Virus record (IMG/VR): IMGVR_UViG_3300044640_001993 | Span: 1-62,397 of that record | DNA from: a virus | Taxonomy: Duplodnaviria; Caudoviricetes | Strand: one strand, 5' to 3' | DNA length: 62,397 bases | Shown here: piece after piece, positions 1 to 9,120 of the stretch | Layout: each line of letters opens with the position of its first letter | Numbering within the stretch: position 1 is the first letter of the stretch | Made by a program: the position numbers and the translations under genes | The notes under the pieces: generated by a model | What the model saw: only the letters and a program-made list of their open reading frames with translations | What the model was told of the DNA's origin: nothing | Database searches by the model: none

Positions 1-71
1 CTATAGCTGGGTTGGTTAGAGCTAACCCGTGCTATAGCAGAAGAAGAGTTGGACGGTTGTTGGTCAGCCAT
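1..71 (-). CDS. Partial CDS (5' end only, MADQQPSNSS...), hairpin-led cassette gene
   Basis: ATG at 71 with GGAGG RBS, preceded by the same hairpin and T-run as the neighbouring genes; runs off the window edge. Confidence 0.5.
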   Translation of the reverse strand, partial: MADQQPSNSSSAIARVSSNQPSY

Positions 72-106
72 GTGGTACCTCCTACGGTGTATTGGCTGTT
101 GGTCAT

Positions 107-145
107 AAAAAGTGACCCACAACGAACAGTTCGTTGTGGGTCACT
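107..145 (-). promoter_or_regulatory. Cassette hairpin H1 (17-bp inverted repeat) plus T-run
   Basis: AGTGACCCACAACGAAC-A-GTTCGTTGTGGGTCACT next to an A5 run. Confidence 0.7.
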
Positions 146-157
146 AGGAGTTATAGC

Positions 158-718
158 TTATAGATTCTTGTAATACCTATTGTTAGGCTTTAAAAAGCTG
201 TCATGCTTTCTTAATACCTCTTCTAGCTCTTCTATTGGTTGACCTGTCCCCCAAGTCTTCCAGTAAGAAGCAATATAATCTCCAAACCTGTTTGGTTTTG
301 GGGATATTCTTACAGCAAAGCTCTTCCTCTTTTCACAGAAGTATTGATAGAGCTTATCTACCTTCAGGAGGTCAAGAATAGCTATATCTTCTCCTACGAC
401 ATCTACCTTCTTGGATATAAGGAAGGCGTGAGCTCCACCAGAGGGGGTCTTGTACCCTACCCAGAATTGGTCAGGATGTGCAGCCACCCATCTTTTCATA
501 ATTTCATCTACCTCTTGGATAGAGGCAACGGTGTGGTGGTCATCTACCACACCGTTATGTGCAACATCCCAGTCGCACATTAACAAGTGCTTCATGTTCA
601 TAAAGCGTACTCCTTTCTCAATTCTGAAGCTTACGTCAGCTTCAAACGAGAAATTCAACTCTTCCAAGTTCAAGGACTTGGAAAAAGAAGAAGCAGCAAC
701 AGAAAAGTGATTAGCCAT
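158..718 (-). CDS. Prim-Pol/AEP-like domain protein
   Basis: hhhCDWD followed by YKTPSGGAHAF resembles the DxD and TxSGGxH motifs of bifunctional primase-polymerase N-terminal domains; AAGGAG RBS. Confidence 0.55.
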   Translation of the reverse strand: MANHFSVAASSFSKSLNLEELNFSFEADVSFRIEKGVRFMNMKHLLMCDWDVAHNGVVDDHHTVASIQEVDEIMKRWVAAHPDQFWVGYKTPSGGAHAFLISKKVDVVGEDIAILDLLKVDKLYQYFCEKRKSFAVRISPKPNRFGDYIASYWKTWGTGQPIEELEEVLRKHDSFLKPNNRYYKNL

Positions 719-753
719 GATAAAGTCTCCTTAAAGACAAAACGTTCACAAAG

Positions 754-780
754 AAAAACCCCACTCAATTGAGTGGGGTT
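754..780 (-). promoter_or_regulatory. Cassette hairpin H2 plus T-run
   Basis: Perfect palindrome AACCCCACTCAATTGAGTGGGGTT. Confidence 0.7.
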
Positions 781-803
781 AGTTAGGTAGCTTATAGACC
801 AAA

Positions 804-1559
804 CTACCAATTGTATTTTTCTATCTTGTAATCATCTGCTCTCAAGGCTGGAGGCATGAACACCCCTTTACCATTGGCGTTCAGACAGACCAATCTGCCA
901 TTAACTATGATTAAACACTCTGGACAATCCCAATGCCTCCGTGGGTCAATGCCAGGAAGCAGGGCACTAATTCTGGGATGGAGTTTGAATCCTTCTCCTT
1001 TCTTCTCAAAGTGAACCTCTGCATATTGCAGAGAGCTTTTAATTTGCATTAGTCGCCAGCCGCCTTGCCATTTAATAGCAATATCGCTGGCTAATCCTAC
1101 GTCCATTACAGACTTAGGAGTGGCCATAATAGGGTCGTAACCCAACTGCTTGAGCATAGTAAAGACTTTGTGCACAGTCATTACTCCAAAGAGTAATAGC
1201 CTTCTGGAGTGAGTAAACTCTCCCAGTGGGTACTCCACTGAGTTAACGAGATTCATTGTCTGGTTATCCACAACTAAAAGTTGTGCGGGTGTGGGCTTTA
1301 AATCTTCTTTCTTGATTGGTTTAGGTACTATCACTGGTTTAGAGACAGTAGTTGCCACCGCTCCACCAGTAACTTCTATACCTATAAATCTTGCAGCGTC
1401 GGAGGGACGCATACTAAACTCACGCAAAAGCTGACTTGCAGTGAGCTTACAGTAGCCAGACCCACAAGGGCACTTCCAGCTTTTTGCAAGTCTATCGGTT
1501 TTTCCGTATACTTTATCTGCGTAGCTTAATGCGTGGGCACAGATTGTTTTAGTAGCCAT
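804..1559 (-). CDS. Hypothetical protein, possible PD-(D/E)XK-like nuclease with Cys-rich N-terminus
   Basis: ATG at 1559 follows AAGGAG (track start 1583 is TTG); D...SDI...MQIKS motif; CAH and CPCGSGYC. Confidence 0.5.
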   Translation of the reverse strand: MATKTICAHALSYADKVYGKTDRLAKSWKCPCGSGYCKLTASQLLREFSMRPSDAARFIGIEVTGGAVATTVSKPVIVPKPIKKEDLKPTPAQLLVVDNQTMNLVNSVEYPLGEFTHSRRLLLFGVMTVHKVFTMLKQLGYDPIMATPKSVMDVGLASDIAIKWQGGWRLMQIKSSLQYAEVHFEKKGEGFKLHPRISALLPGIDPRRHWDCPECLIIVNGRLVCLNANGKGVFMPPALRADDYKIEKYNW

Positions 1560-1595
1560 TTGTCGAAGTCTCCTTAAAGACAAAAAAGTTTCTAT

Positions 1596-1629
1596 AAAAA
1601 TATCCCTCTACGAACAAATCGTGAGGATT
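1596..1629 (-). promoter_or_regulatory. Cassette hairpin H3 (imperfect) plus T-run
   Basis: ATCCCTCTACGAACAAATCGTGAGGAT next to A5. Confidence 0.5.
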
Positions 1630-1631
1630 GA

Positions 1632-1948
1632 ATTTGGGAAGCGGCTGTACCCTTGCGGCTGTACGTATCCGGGGTTCAGCGACGAGCGCGAACACCCACT
1701 TTTTGAGTAAGCCCAGGCAGAACCTAGAACCTTATTAGGGCACTGCTTACTCCAACGGGCTATTTAACTGCGGCTGTACCGCAGCAGGCATCCCTACCCT
1801 GGACAAGTAGTTGAGCATTATGCCTGCAATACTAGAGCCCCTGACACGCAGGGCAACCTCAAGTCGCCTAAGCAACGAGAAGTCAGCGCACAGCTATCCC
1901 GTGATAGCCGCGTACTCTAGTAAAGCAGGACATAAAGCCACTACCTAC
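1632..1948 (-). ncRNA. Candidate structured non-coding RNA (~300 nt)
   Basis: GC-rich; the ATG after H4 gives only 16 codons; several long-range complementary segments; GTACAGCCGC three times; bounded by cassette hairpins. Confidence 0.5.
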
Positions 1949-1950
1949 AG

Positions 1951-1975
1951 AAAAAACCCCTCGTAATGAGGGGTT
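1951..1975 (-). promoter_or_regulatory. Cassette hairpin H4 plus T-run
   Basis: AACCCCTCGTAATGAGGGGTT next to an A-run. Confidence 0.7.
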
Positions 1976-1988
1976 AAATTAAACTAGA

Positions 1989-2534
<546 letters not shown>

Positions 2535-2565
2535 GACATAAAGCCCCTCACGGCTATAAATAAAC

Positions 2566-2597
2566 AAAAAATCCCCTTAGCGTCTGCTAAGGGGATT
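2566..2597 (-). promoter_or_regulatory. Cassette hairpin H5 plus T-run
   Basis: AATCCCCTTAGCGTCTGCTAAGGGGATT. Confidence 0.7.
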
Positions 2598-2599
2598 AA

Positions 2600-2875
2600 T
2601 TATTTGCTGATATTTTGTGAAGCCCACGAGTTTGTAAGCTTCTGTATACCTCCTATAAGGTATACAACACCAGCTAATTCGCTAGAATGTGGGTTTTCCT
2701 CAACCCAGCGGTGAAGCTTTGTTAGTGCTTCACGTATATGACTAAAACGAGTAGTGCAAGAAAAGAGTAATTCTTCTTCTTGCATAGATAAGGTGTTATC
2801 CCAATCTATGTCAACCCATTTACTAGCTTGTTTTAGCAAGCTAGAAGCCTGTATCATAAATCTTCTATTGTTCAT
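2600..2875 (-). CDS. Hypothetical protein
   Basis: 91 aa, strong RBS TAAGGAGG, cassette architecture. Confidence 0.75.
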   Translation of the reverse strand: MNNRRFMIQASSLLKQASKWVDIDWDNTLSMQEEELLFSCTTRFSHIREALTKLHRWVEENPHSSELAGVVYLIGGIQKLTNSWASQNISK

Positions 2876-2905
2876 AAAACCTCCTTACAGGTTTAATAAA
2901 ATCAG

Positions 2906-2931
2906 AAAAAACCCCACTCAGTTGAGTGGGG
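2906..2931 (-). promoter_or_regulatory. Cassette hairpin H6 plus T-run
   Basis: CCCCACTCAGTTGAGTGGGG, nearly identical to H2 and H8. Confidence 0.7.
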
Positions 2932-2942
2932 AATTTAGTTAT

Positions 2943-3566
2943 CTATGGTTGTTGGTTTTGGGAAACATTAAACAGAGAAGGCAAGTTACCTGTTACTACA
3001 GGAGGAGTAGTTGGTGCTGGTGCTGGTTGAACTAAAAGAGTACCGCAAGCATCACAGTGGGTGTTAGCTTCATGATTAGGCGTGTTGCAGGCTGGGCACA
3101 CAATGAAGTTAGAAGATGCAGAAGTATTCCGAACTCTTGGAGCTGTGGGAATATAGCGAGGTACTGGTGCACCACCTAGCTTTGCCATCTTTTTATCCAT
3201 ACGCTCTTGCTTGAGCTTCCGTGCCATATCCAGAGCTGAGAGAGCCGCTGACTCTCTATGTTCTCTAGCTTGCTGAATGGAGTCCTCAATAATCTCCAGT
3301 CTGTCTTCACAGGAGCTCAAAGCTCTATAAGTTGTGACTAAGGCTTGTTCAGCTTGTCTCATCCTTATAGCACCCTCAGTTTCTTCTTTCAGTACAGCCA
3401 GGCGGGCTTTCTCTATGACTTTTTTCTCAGCTAGTTCACACTTACTACTTTCTAACTCCGTTAGAACCTCTGCCTCTTGAGCAGAAATAACGGGAGCGGG
3501 AGCGGAAGCAGTAGGAGCAGCAGCAGGAGAAGAGAACAAAGAAGCAAACTTTTTGAAAATAGACAT
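2943..3566 (-). CDS. Coiled-coil protein with C-terminal zinc ribbon
   Basis: ATG at 3566 after TAAGGAG; CPAC-x10-CDAC motif. Confidence 0.75.
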   Translation of the reverse strand: MSIFKKFASLFSSPAAAPTASAPAPVISAQEAEVLTELESSKCELAEKKVIEKARLAVLKEETEGAIRMRQAEQALVTTYRALSSCEDRLEIIEDSIQQAREHRESAALSALDMARKLKQERMDKKMAKLGGAPVPRYIPTAPRVRNTSASSNFIVCPACNTPNHEANTHCDACGTLLVQPAPAPTTPPVVTGNLPSLFNVSQNQQP

Positions 3567-3600
3567 AATAAAAGGCTCCTTACAGCCAATAAATAAACAG

Positions 3601-3624
3601 AAAAATCCCCTCATAATGAGGGGA
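3601..3624 (-). promoter_or_regulatory. Cassette hairpin H7 plus T-run
   Basis: TCCCCTCATAATGAGGGGA, nearly identical to H4. Confidence 0.7.
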
Positions 3625-3630
3625 ATCTAA

Positions 3631-3930
3631 CTAAAAGCGTTTGATTCTATAGCACTCAGCTAGATGCTGAACACTATCAATTAACTCAAAGACTTCCTGA
3701 CTTTCATCTTTTGCGTAGACCAACACCAACCAGTGCTGTAGGTCTACTAGCCTATCTCTGTAGGCTATAGTTAGCTGTAGCAACTCAGAGTCAGAACACT
3801 CAGAGAGATTGGTGACTAAGGAAAGATTAGGAAAGCCCAATCCTTCTGCTTCTACAAGCAGGCTATTAGACCTGCTTATGAACTTCTTCAAGAACCCCAC
3901 TGGGTTAGATTCAAATGATTTACGTGACAT
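3631..3930 (-). CDS. Hypothetical protein
   Basis: 99 aa, TAAGGAG RBS, cassette architecture. Confidence 0.75.
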   Translation of the reverse strand: MSRKSFESNPVGFLKKFISRSNSLLVEAEGLGFPNLSLVTNLSECSDSELLQLTIAYRDRLVDLQHWLVLVYAKDESQEVFELIDSVQHLAECYRIKRF

Positions 3931-3963
3931 AATACAAGCTCCTTACAGGCTGTATAAAAACAG

Positions 3964-3994
3964 AAAAATCCCCACTCAACTGAGTGGGGATTTT
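3964..3994 (-). promoter_or_regulatory. Cassette hairpin H8 plus T-run
   Basis: AAAATCCCCACTCAACTGAGTGGGGATTTT. Confidence 0.7.
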
Positions 3995-3996
3995 CT

Positions 3997-4335
3997 CTAG
4001 TTAAAGAGCAGCTCTACAGGGAGCTGTAATCGCTCCTTCCAGGAGAGCTGCTGGTCAGCTCTCCTGTATTTTAACTCTTCACCATAAATGCTCTTCCAGC
4101 CGTCTGGAAGAGCATTTATGTAAGCGAGTTTGTATTCTTCCAACACTTCCTCAAAGGGAAGTGAGGTCGCCTTAGCGACCGTTTCTTCAATTATTTCAAT
4201 GGTGATTCGCTCACCATTTTCTATGGAGAGTTGCGCCTCTCCATTATCTCTACCGGCGTTTTCAAGACGAGCTGCTAAATCAAGCGCATCTTCTAACTCT
4301 TGCCAGGAGTCAAATTCATCCTTATACAATGTCAT
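3997..4335 (-). CDS. Hypothetical acidic protein (first gene of the cassette array)
   Basis: 112 aa, Glu/Asp-rich, TAAGGAGG RBS. Confidence 0.75.
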   Translation of the reverse strand: MTLYKDEFDSWQELEDALDLAARLENAGRDNGEAQLSIENGERITIEIIEETVAKATSLPFEEVLEEYKLAYINALPDGWKSIYGEELKYRRADQQLSWKERLQLPVELLFN

Positions 4336-4366
4336 TATTAAAGCCTCCTTACAGATGTATATTTAC

Positions 4367-4401
4367 AAAAAATCCCTCAACGAACAGTTCGTTGAGGGAT
4401 T
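4367..4401 (-). promoter_or_regulatory. Cassette hairpin H9 plus T-run
   Basis: AATCCCTCAACGAAC-A-GTTCGTTGAGGGATT; no minus-strand gene lies immediately upstream. Confidence 0.7.
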
Positions 4402-4473
4402 GATCTCCTACACAAAACAAGCCAGGAATTGTTCGTTTTCAGAACCCCGGCTTACCCTGTGACAGCATATTCC

Positions 4474-4753
4474 ATCCACCTCTACCCGCTATCAATTTTT
4501 CCCCCAGCTCCGCTATCAATTTTTCCTCCAGCTCCGCCATCAAGCAGTTAACATATTGCTCTACCTGCTATCAATTTTTCCTCCAGCTTCGCAAACTGTA
4601 CAGCTTACATCCACCTCTATCAGCTACTAAGCTGCCGACTATCTTCTTTTATTTCTTTTTATATTTTTCTTTATTTCTTTTTTCTTATTTTTTAATTACT
4701 TAATCGCACTTCTAAAAAATCCGCGCATATATTTTCCCCCAGCTTCGCAAAAC
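4474..4753. repeat. Iteron-like direct repeats with T-rich tract (possible origin or control region)
   Basis: GCTATCAATTTTTCCYCCAGCT at 4488, 4512 and 4567, partial copy at ~4731; ATCCACCTCTA twice; T/C-rich tract 4643-4695; lies at the strand switch. Confidence 0.65.
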
Positions 4754-4801
4754 TCTATTACTCTTACAGTGTTATCCTTAAAGAGTATTAACTATTTCAT
4801 C

Positions 4802-5644
4802 ATGCAATACGCTCCTATTACACCTATTTCTACACCTACTCTGAGAGATTCATTTCTTGGAGCTAGAACAGTACAGGCTTCGATTTCTCAGTTATCTTTT
4901 CTTGAAGAGCAAGAGTTAGTTGTTGCGAGTAACTTAGCTGCGCCGGACTCTACTCTAATAACTTATAGACGTACTCACAACTTTTACCGATTAGCGGAAC
5001 CGCCGTTAAAGCTACGGCATAATGGGGCTACAGTTGACCAAGAGTTATTTGTATATAATTTCTCCTTTGTACAAGATAGCCCTGCGCCGAAGGCTCCACA
5101 GGTGTTATATCCACCTGCTGACCCTTTTACTTATGATTGGGGTGGGGAGTCTTACTATCAAAGAGACACTACCGTTTATATCTTTCCTAGTTTACCTGTA
5201 CCTACTAGAAGTAATTTGGTATGGGATGGTAGATACTCTATTTGTATTAATGCCGCGGGAGCGGCTGTGGATAGTTCTTCAAAGATACCAAAACTGCAAG
5301 GACTGGCGCGAACGGCTATAGAGAATCCAGGAATGCCGAAGTTTAGTGTATGGCTATCTAATCTTGGACAAACTAGAAAACCAGAGAACTTCTCAGCCGA
5401 TTTAAACATAAATGAGTATAATGTTTATCTGCAAAGATTCTTAGATGAACATTATAACGCTTTGAGCGTTCCTCCAGTCCCTATTGCTTTTACAGACTTA
5501 GACGTTATCCGTAACGGGGTGACTGCACCAACAAATGATGTTGAAGCCACGCCAATTACAACTACAATATTAGCCGCACTGCTTGAAGGAGATTACTTTG
5601 TTAAGTGGGTGGCGTATAGTTCAACAGCTTTAGGGGGTTCTTGA
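4802..5644 (+). CDS. Hypothetical protein, probably virion structural
   Basis: Long ORF, likely ATG at 4802; stop overlaps the PAAR start (TGATG). Confidence 0.7.
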   Translation: MQYAPITPISTPTLRDSFLGARTVQASISQLSFLEEQELVVASNLAAPDSTLITYRRTHNFYRLAEPPLKLRHNGATVDQELFVYNFSFVQDSPAPKAPQVLYPPADPFTYDWGGESYYQRDTTVYIFPSLPVPTRSNLVWDGRYSICINAAGAAVDSSSKIPKLQGLARTAIENPGMPKFSVWLSNLGQTRKPENFSADLNINEYNVYLQRFLDEHYNALSVPPVPIAFTDLDVIRNGVTAPTNDVEATPITTTILAALLEGDYFVKWVAYSSTALGGS

Positions 5645-5946
5645 TGCAGCAAGCTTTATTAGGAGACCGCATTACTTGTCCTAATACTCCAATATGTCCT
5701 CATCCTAAACGTGGACCATACACTATCATTGGAGTTATCAAAAGCTGTAAAGTGAGTACAGTTTTAGTTAGTGGTAGACCACCAGCTACTGTAGGAGACT
5801 TAGCTTTCTGCGGCGGACCATCCTTTCTAACTACAGGGTGTCTAACGGTATTAATTCAAAATATGCCCGCACACCGGGTAGGCGATCGTAATCATTGTAC
5901 AGGTCACACCTTGGGATCAGGCGCACCAACAGTATTAGTAGGTTAA
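5644..5946 (+). CDS. PAAR-domain baseplate spike tip protein
   Basis: Three PAAR-like repeats (ALLGD, PPATVGD, PAHRVGD) with Cys/His ligands; ends GAPTVLVG. Confidence 0.9.
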   Translation: MQQALLGDRITCPNTPICPHPKRGPYTIIGVIKSCKVSTVLVSGRPPATVGDLAFCGGPSFLTTGCLTVLIQNMPAHRVGDRNHCTGHTLGSGAPTVLVG

Positions 5947-5948
5947 AC

Positions 5949-6305
5949 ATGAACTTCTTAAAGAATTTTTATTACTTGTATAAGCTCTTATGTAATGTGA
6001 AAGTTACCACAGGAGTTGATGACCCAGTTAGGCTCACCTGCGGCTGTATTACTTTAGAAGTCTGGGATAGAGAAGTAAATCTAAAAGTAAATGGGTTGAT
6101 GCAGGTTGATCCCATGTTTATGTCTGTTTGTCAGCACTTCTACGATCAAACAAAGAAAGGAAGTCAAGAGGAAGCTATTATGTTGTTATACCGAGATATA
6201 GCTAATATGACCAATGAGCAGGAAAGAGAGTCGGCGTACAGAGCAATTAACGATAAAGCTGACCCCAGATACAGCGAAGCAGTTGAGGCAATTAGCCAAG
6301 CATAA
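5949..6305 (+). CDS. Hypothetical protein
   Basis: ATG 2 nt after the PAAR stop. Confidence 0.6.
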   Translation: MNFLKNFYYLYKLLCNVKVTTGVDDPVRLTCGCITLEVWDREVNLKVNGLMQVDPMFMSVCQHFYDQTKKGSQEEAIMLLYRDIANMTNEQERESAYRAINDKADPRYSEAVEAISQA

Positions 6306-6486
6306 GGGATTAACACAGAGCGAGTTGTTAGAGTTACTGTTTGACTTCTACAACCTCAAAAACCTAGACTTGCTGCTGGCTAACATAAAGACCTTACTCA
6401 ACGGAGGGTTAACAGCTATAAATAAAGCACAGTTGTCTGTGCTTTATAGTTACTTAACTGAAGTATCAGAGCGGATTAGTCTGTAG
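6214..6486 (+). CDS. Ribbon-helix-helix (CopG-like) DNA-binding protein
   Basis: QLTIKLTPDTAKQLRQLAKHKGLTQSELLELL fits the RHH pattern; overlaps the upstream ORF by ~90 nt. Confidence 0.65.
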   Translation: MSRKESRRTEQLTIKLTPDTAKQLRQLAKHKGLTQSELLELLFDFYNLKNLDLLLANIKTLLNGGLTAINKAQLSVLYSYLTEVSERISL

Positions 6487-7498
6487 CTTTCGCTCTGATA
6501 TTTAATCTTACAGTTCTTGAAGGTTGTAGGAGGTCTGGTCTTCCAGCAGCCTTTAAGCTGTAAATACCATTCTTAAACTTGAGTCTTGATTGTCCTTCAC
6601 CAACCATATCAAGAGTCAAGACATTTAGAGTATTTTTTACAGCCAAGGTTACTACACCGTTGCTGAGAGTGATATCTAGCCTATAATCATTATCCACAGA
6701 AATCCAGTATTGGAGTCCATCTACCGGATCTTCGTAAATCTTCGAGTAGTTTAGAGAATTAAGGTCTGAAACCAAATCCTCTTCAGAAAGGTTTAGTAAA
6801 CTCAATTCTTCTGTAACTGTTAAATATCTAAACGACATTAATAGATTCTTGTTAGCCGAAGATATATAAATGTTCTCACCAGCCTTATAGACTTGTTGAT
6901 ACTGCGGAGAGAATAGATGACTTGAAGATGGCACTGATTCAGCTATAAACAAACTTAGCGGCGCGTACTGAGGTAAAAACTCTATAAATAACTCATCTAG
7001 TTGTGTAAACACTTCTTGTTGAGAGTTATATTGTTGTAAAGTTGTCCACTCTTGTAGAAGTTGTTGCTGCTTTTCTGGCTGTATTTTGGTCTGTACCAGC
7101 ACCTGCACTAACTTTGTGCCGTTATAGGTCTCAAAGGAAAAGAAGTACCTTCCAGCGTGTTTGGTGAACAGTAAAGAGCGTTCTGCTGTTGTGCTGCCCC
7201 AACAGTAGGTTTTTGCACCGTTAATGTTTAAAGGTGTTAATACCTTTTGGGTCAGAACCTTTAAGTTCTGGTCTAATACAGTTAGTAGTTGACCAGGAGT
7301 ATAACTATAATCTTGGAGGTCTACTGTTGGTTCTGGAAAGCCTTCTGCGGTAAGAAAGCTGCTGAGGAAGATTGTTTCTCCTCCAAATAAGGCTATGTCA
7401 ATCAAGTCTGCTTCTGAAAGGTACTTTGATAGCTCTGAGTAACCACCAAAGGGTAAGAGCCTTTCGTTAATATCTTCTATAAGGTCTGTCGGTATCAT
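6476..7498 (-). CDS. Hypothetical protein (virion module)
   Basis: 340-aa ORF co-oriented with the baseplate and giant genes. Confidence 0.7.
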   Translation of the reverse strand: MIPTDLIEDINERLLPFGGYSELSKYLSEADLIDIALFGGETIFLSSFLTAEGFPEPTVDLQDYSYTPGQLLTVLDQNLKVLTQKVLTPLNINGAKTYCWGSTTAERSLLFTKHAGRYFFSFETYNGTKLVQVLVQTKIQPEKQQQLLQEWTTLQQYNSQQEVFTQLDELFIEFLPQYAPLSLFIAESVPSSSHLFSPQYQQVYKAGENIYISSANKNLLMSFRYLTVTEELSLLNLSEEDLVSDLNSLNYSKIYEDPVDGLQYWISVDNDYRLDITLSNGVVTLAVKNTLNVLTLDMVGEGQSRLKFKNGIYSLKAAGRPDLLQPSRTVRLNIRAKATD

Positions 7499-7504
7499 TT
7501 AAGA

Positions 7505-8602
7505 TTACTCAATATAGAAGGACTGTATATAAAATTTGCTGCTAGGTAAACTTATTGGTGGGGGTGTTCTTTTAGCGATGATGAAGACAATATAACTGTC
7601 TCCTTCCTTCCAAAAAGGCGGATCTACAAACATTAAATAACTACCATCTTGATTAAAAGAACTTGATTTTTTTCCCTCTACTTGTTTATAGCCTCCTTTT
7701 TTTGGAAAACTGTCTATTAAACTTTGATTCCACTCTAATCCTACTTGACTAGCGGCAAACTTAGATAGTTGCTGCTTGTCTATCTTTTTAGTTTCTTCTT
7801 GTATTGATAGACCTATTTCTTTTGCGCTCGCATTACTCTCTACGTTTTTCTCTTTATTCTCTACTGTCACAACTTTTCTCTTAGGGTATTTAGTATACAA
7901 AACAGTAATGCTATAATAAGTTTTAGCCCGCCGCACTGCAAAAGCTTTAAAGTCTACTATAACTCCAGTTATGTCTATAGTCTCTGCTACGCCTGCGGCA
8001 TTAATAGTAATGTTTAAACTAATAGGAGCGCCTTGTTGAACTACTCTCTCATCAAACTCTTTAGCAGTCTGGTAAGAACTTCTAGATACTCCAGGTGTTT
8101 TAGGTTTTGAAGAAAACTCGTCTGACCCTACAAAAGCTCCCACCAGAACAATATATTTACTATCAACTCCAATAGTCTGGACAACATTAGTCCCGCCAGG
8201 AATGACAATATTTTTATGTTTCATAGTAGTTCTAATAGGCAATCCAGCTTTTACGTCAGGGACGCTGGCGTTACCTCTAAAAGAACCAGAGCCTGAGTAA
8301 GTTAATATGTTATCTACAGCAGGGGGTAAAGCAAAGTTAAATACTCTCGCGCCGCTTTGTCTATCTGTATATTTTATATTAAAGCTATCTATAACTCTTA
8401 CGCCTTTGCGTAGGTTTGCTAGTCCCTCTTTTGATATAGCAGGTGGATTTTGAGCTAGTAGAAGAGCTCGATTTTCTCTTGTACCTTTAACACCTACAGA
8501 CTTGGTTGGTTTTGTAGGAGTCTTTTTGGGTACTTTTGTAGTCGGCTCTTTTTTCTTTACTAAAGCTAGTAGGGTCGGGTTATCAGTTCCAAAGGATGTC
8601 AT
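7505..8602 (-). CDS. Putative tail tube initiator/baseplate hub protein (P2 gpU/Mu gpN-N-like)
   Basis: IPGGTNVVQTIGVDSKYIVLVGAF resembles that family; lies downstream of the tape-measure-position gene. Confidence 0.5.
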   Translation of the reverse strand: MTSFGTDNPTLLALVKKKEPTTKVPKKTPTKPTKSVGVKGTRENRALLLAQNPPAISKEGLANLRKGVRVIDSFNIKYTDRQSGARVFNFALPPAVDNILTYSGSGSFRGNASVPDVKAGLPIRTTMKHKNIVIPGGTNVVQTIGVDSKYIVLVGAFVGSDEFSSKPKTPGVSRSSYQTAKEFDERVVQQGAPISLNITINAAGVAETIDITGVIVDFKAFAVRRAKTYYSITVLYTKYPKRKVVTVENKEKNVESNASAKEIGLSIQEETKKIDKQQLSKFAASQVGLEWNQSLIDSFPKKGGYKQVEGKKSSSFNQDGSYLMFVDPPFWKEGDSYIVFIIAKRTPPPISLPSSKFYIQSFYIE

Positions 8603-9120
8603 ATAGCCTCACTAACTGGCAGAACTAATCTAATTCTTTCTAAAGCATTCTCTTCCTTAGTTTTAGGAGGAAAGTGCGCTAGATAAACTAGGGTTAAGTT
8701 ACTGAGCGTTGTGGTGACTAGTCCACTAGCTGTAATTGCGGTTGCTGATTCAAAGAGACTGAGCGATCGCCAACTAGGCTGAGTAAGCTGGTTGTGCGTT
8801 AATACACCTCCAAAACATACTTCTTGGCAGTTGTTACTTTGTAAACTTGTTAAAGTATTAGGCAGCTTTTTATAACCAATGCCTGCTAAATTAAAGTCTG
8901 TGCTAGTTGTCGCTCGGACAACACCGCTTATTTCTGTTACTAGAATATAACCCATTAATTCTTGAACAGTAGTCTCTACCCCTGACACAGTTGGAGGAGA
9001 GATATCAAGACTCCAAGGAGAGAACCGCCCTAATCCTATTAGATAAAAGTTTGGTTTTGCTGCTAAAGACAATATCTTTTTATATCTATTAGCTTGTATA
9101 AATGAACTACTACTTATCAT
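8599..9120 (-). CDS. Putative baseplate wedge protein (T4 gp8-like motif)
   Basis: FYLIGLGRFSPW..D..PP motif; start overlaps the stop of the giant gene. Confidence 0.5.
   Translation of the reverse strand: MISSSSFIQANRYKKILSLAAKPNFYLIGLGRFSPWSLDISPPTVSGVETTVQELMGYILVTEISGVVRATTSTDFNLAGIGYKKLPNTLTSLQSNNCQEVCFGGVLTHNQLTQPSWRSLSLFESATAITASGLVTTTLSNLTLVYLAHFPPKTKEENALERIRLVLPVSEAI

Noticed and set aside
122-134. LexA (Cheo) box for CGAAC-W-GTTCG
   Set aside because: Half-sites are 1 nt apart rather than 4, and the motif does not fit the cyanobacterial LexA box
4474-4600. CRISPR array
   Set aside because: The gaps between repeats are 2 and ~33 nt, so they are irregular; only three full copies; no cas genes
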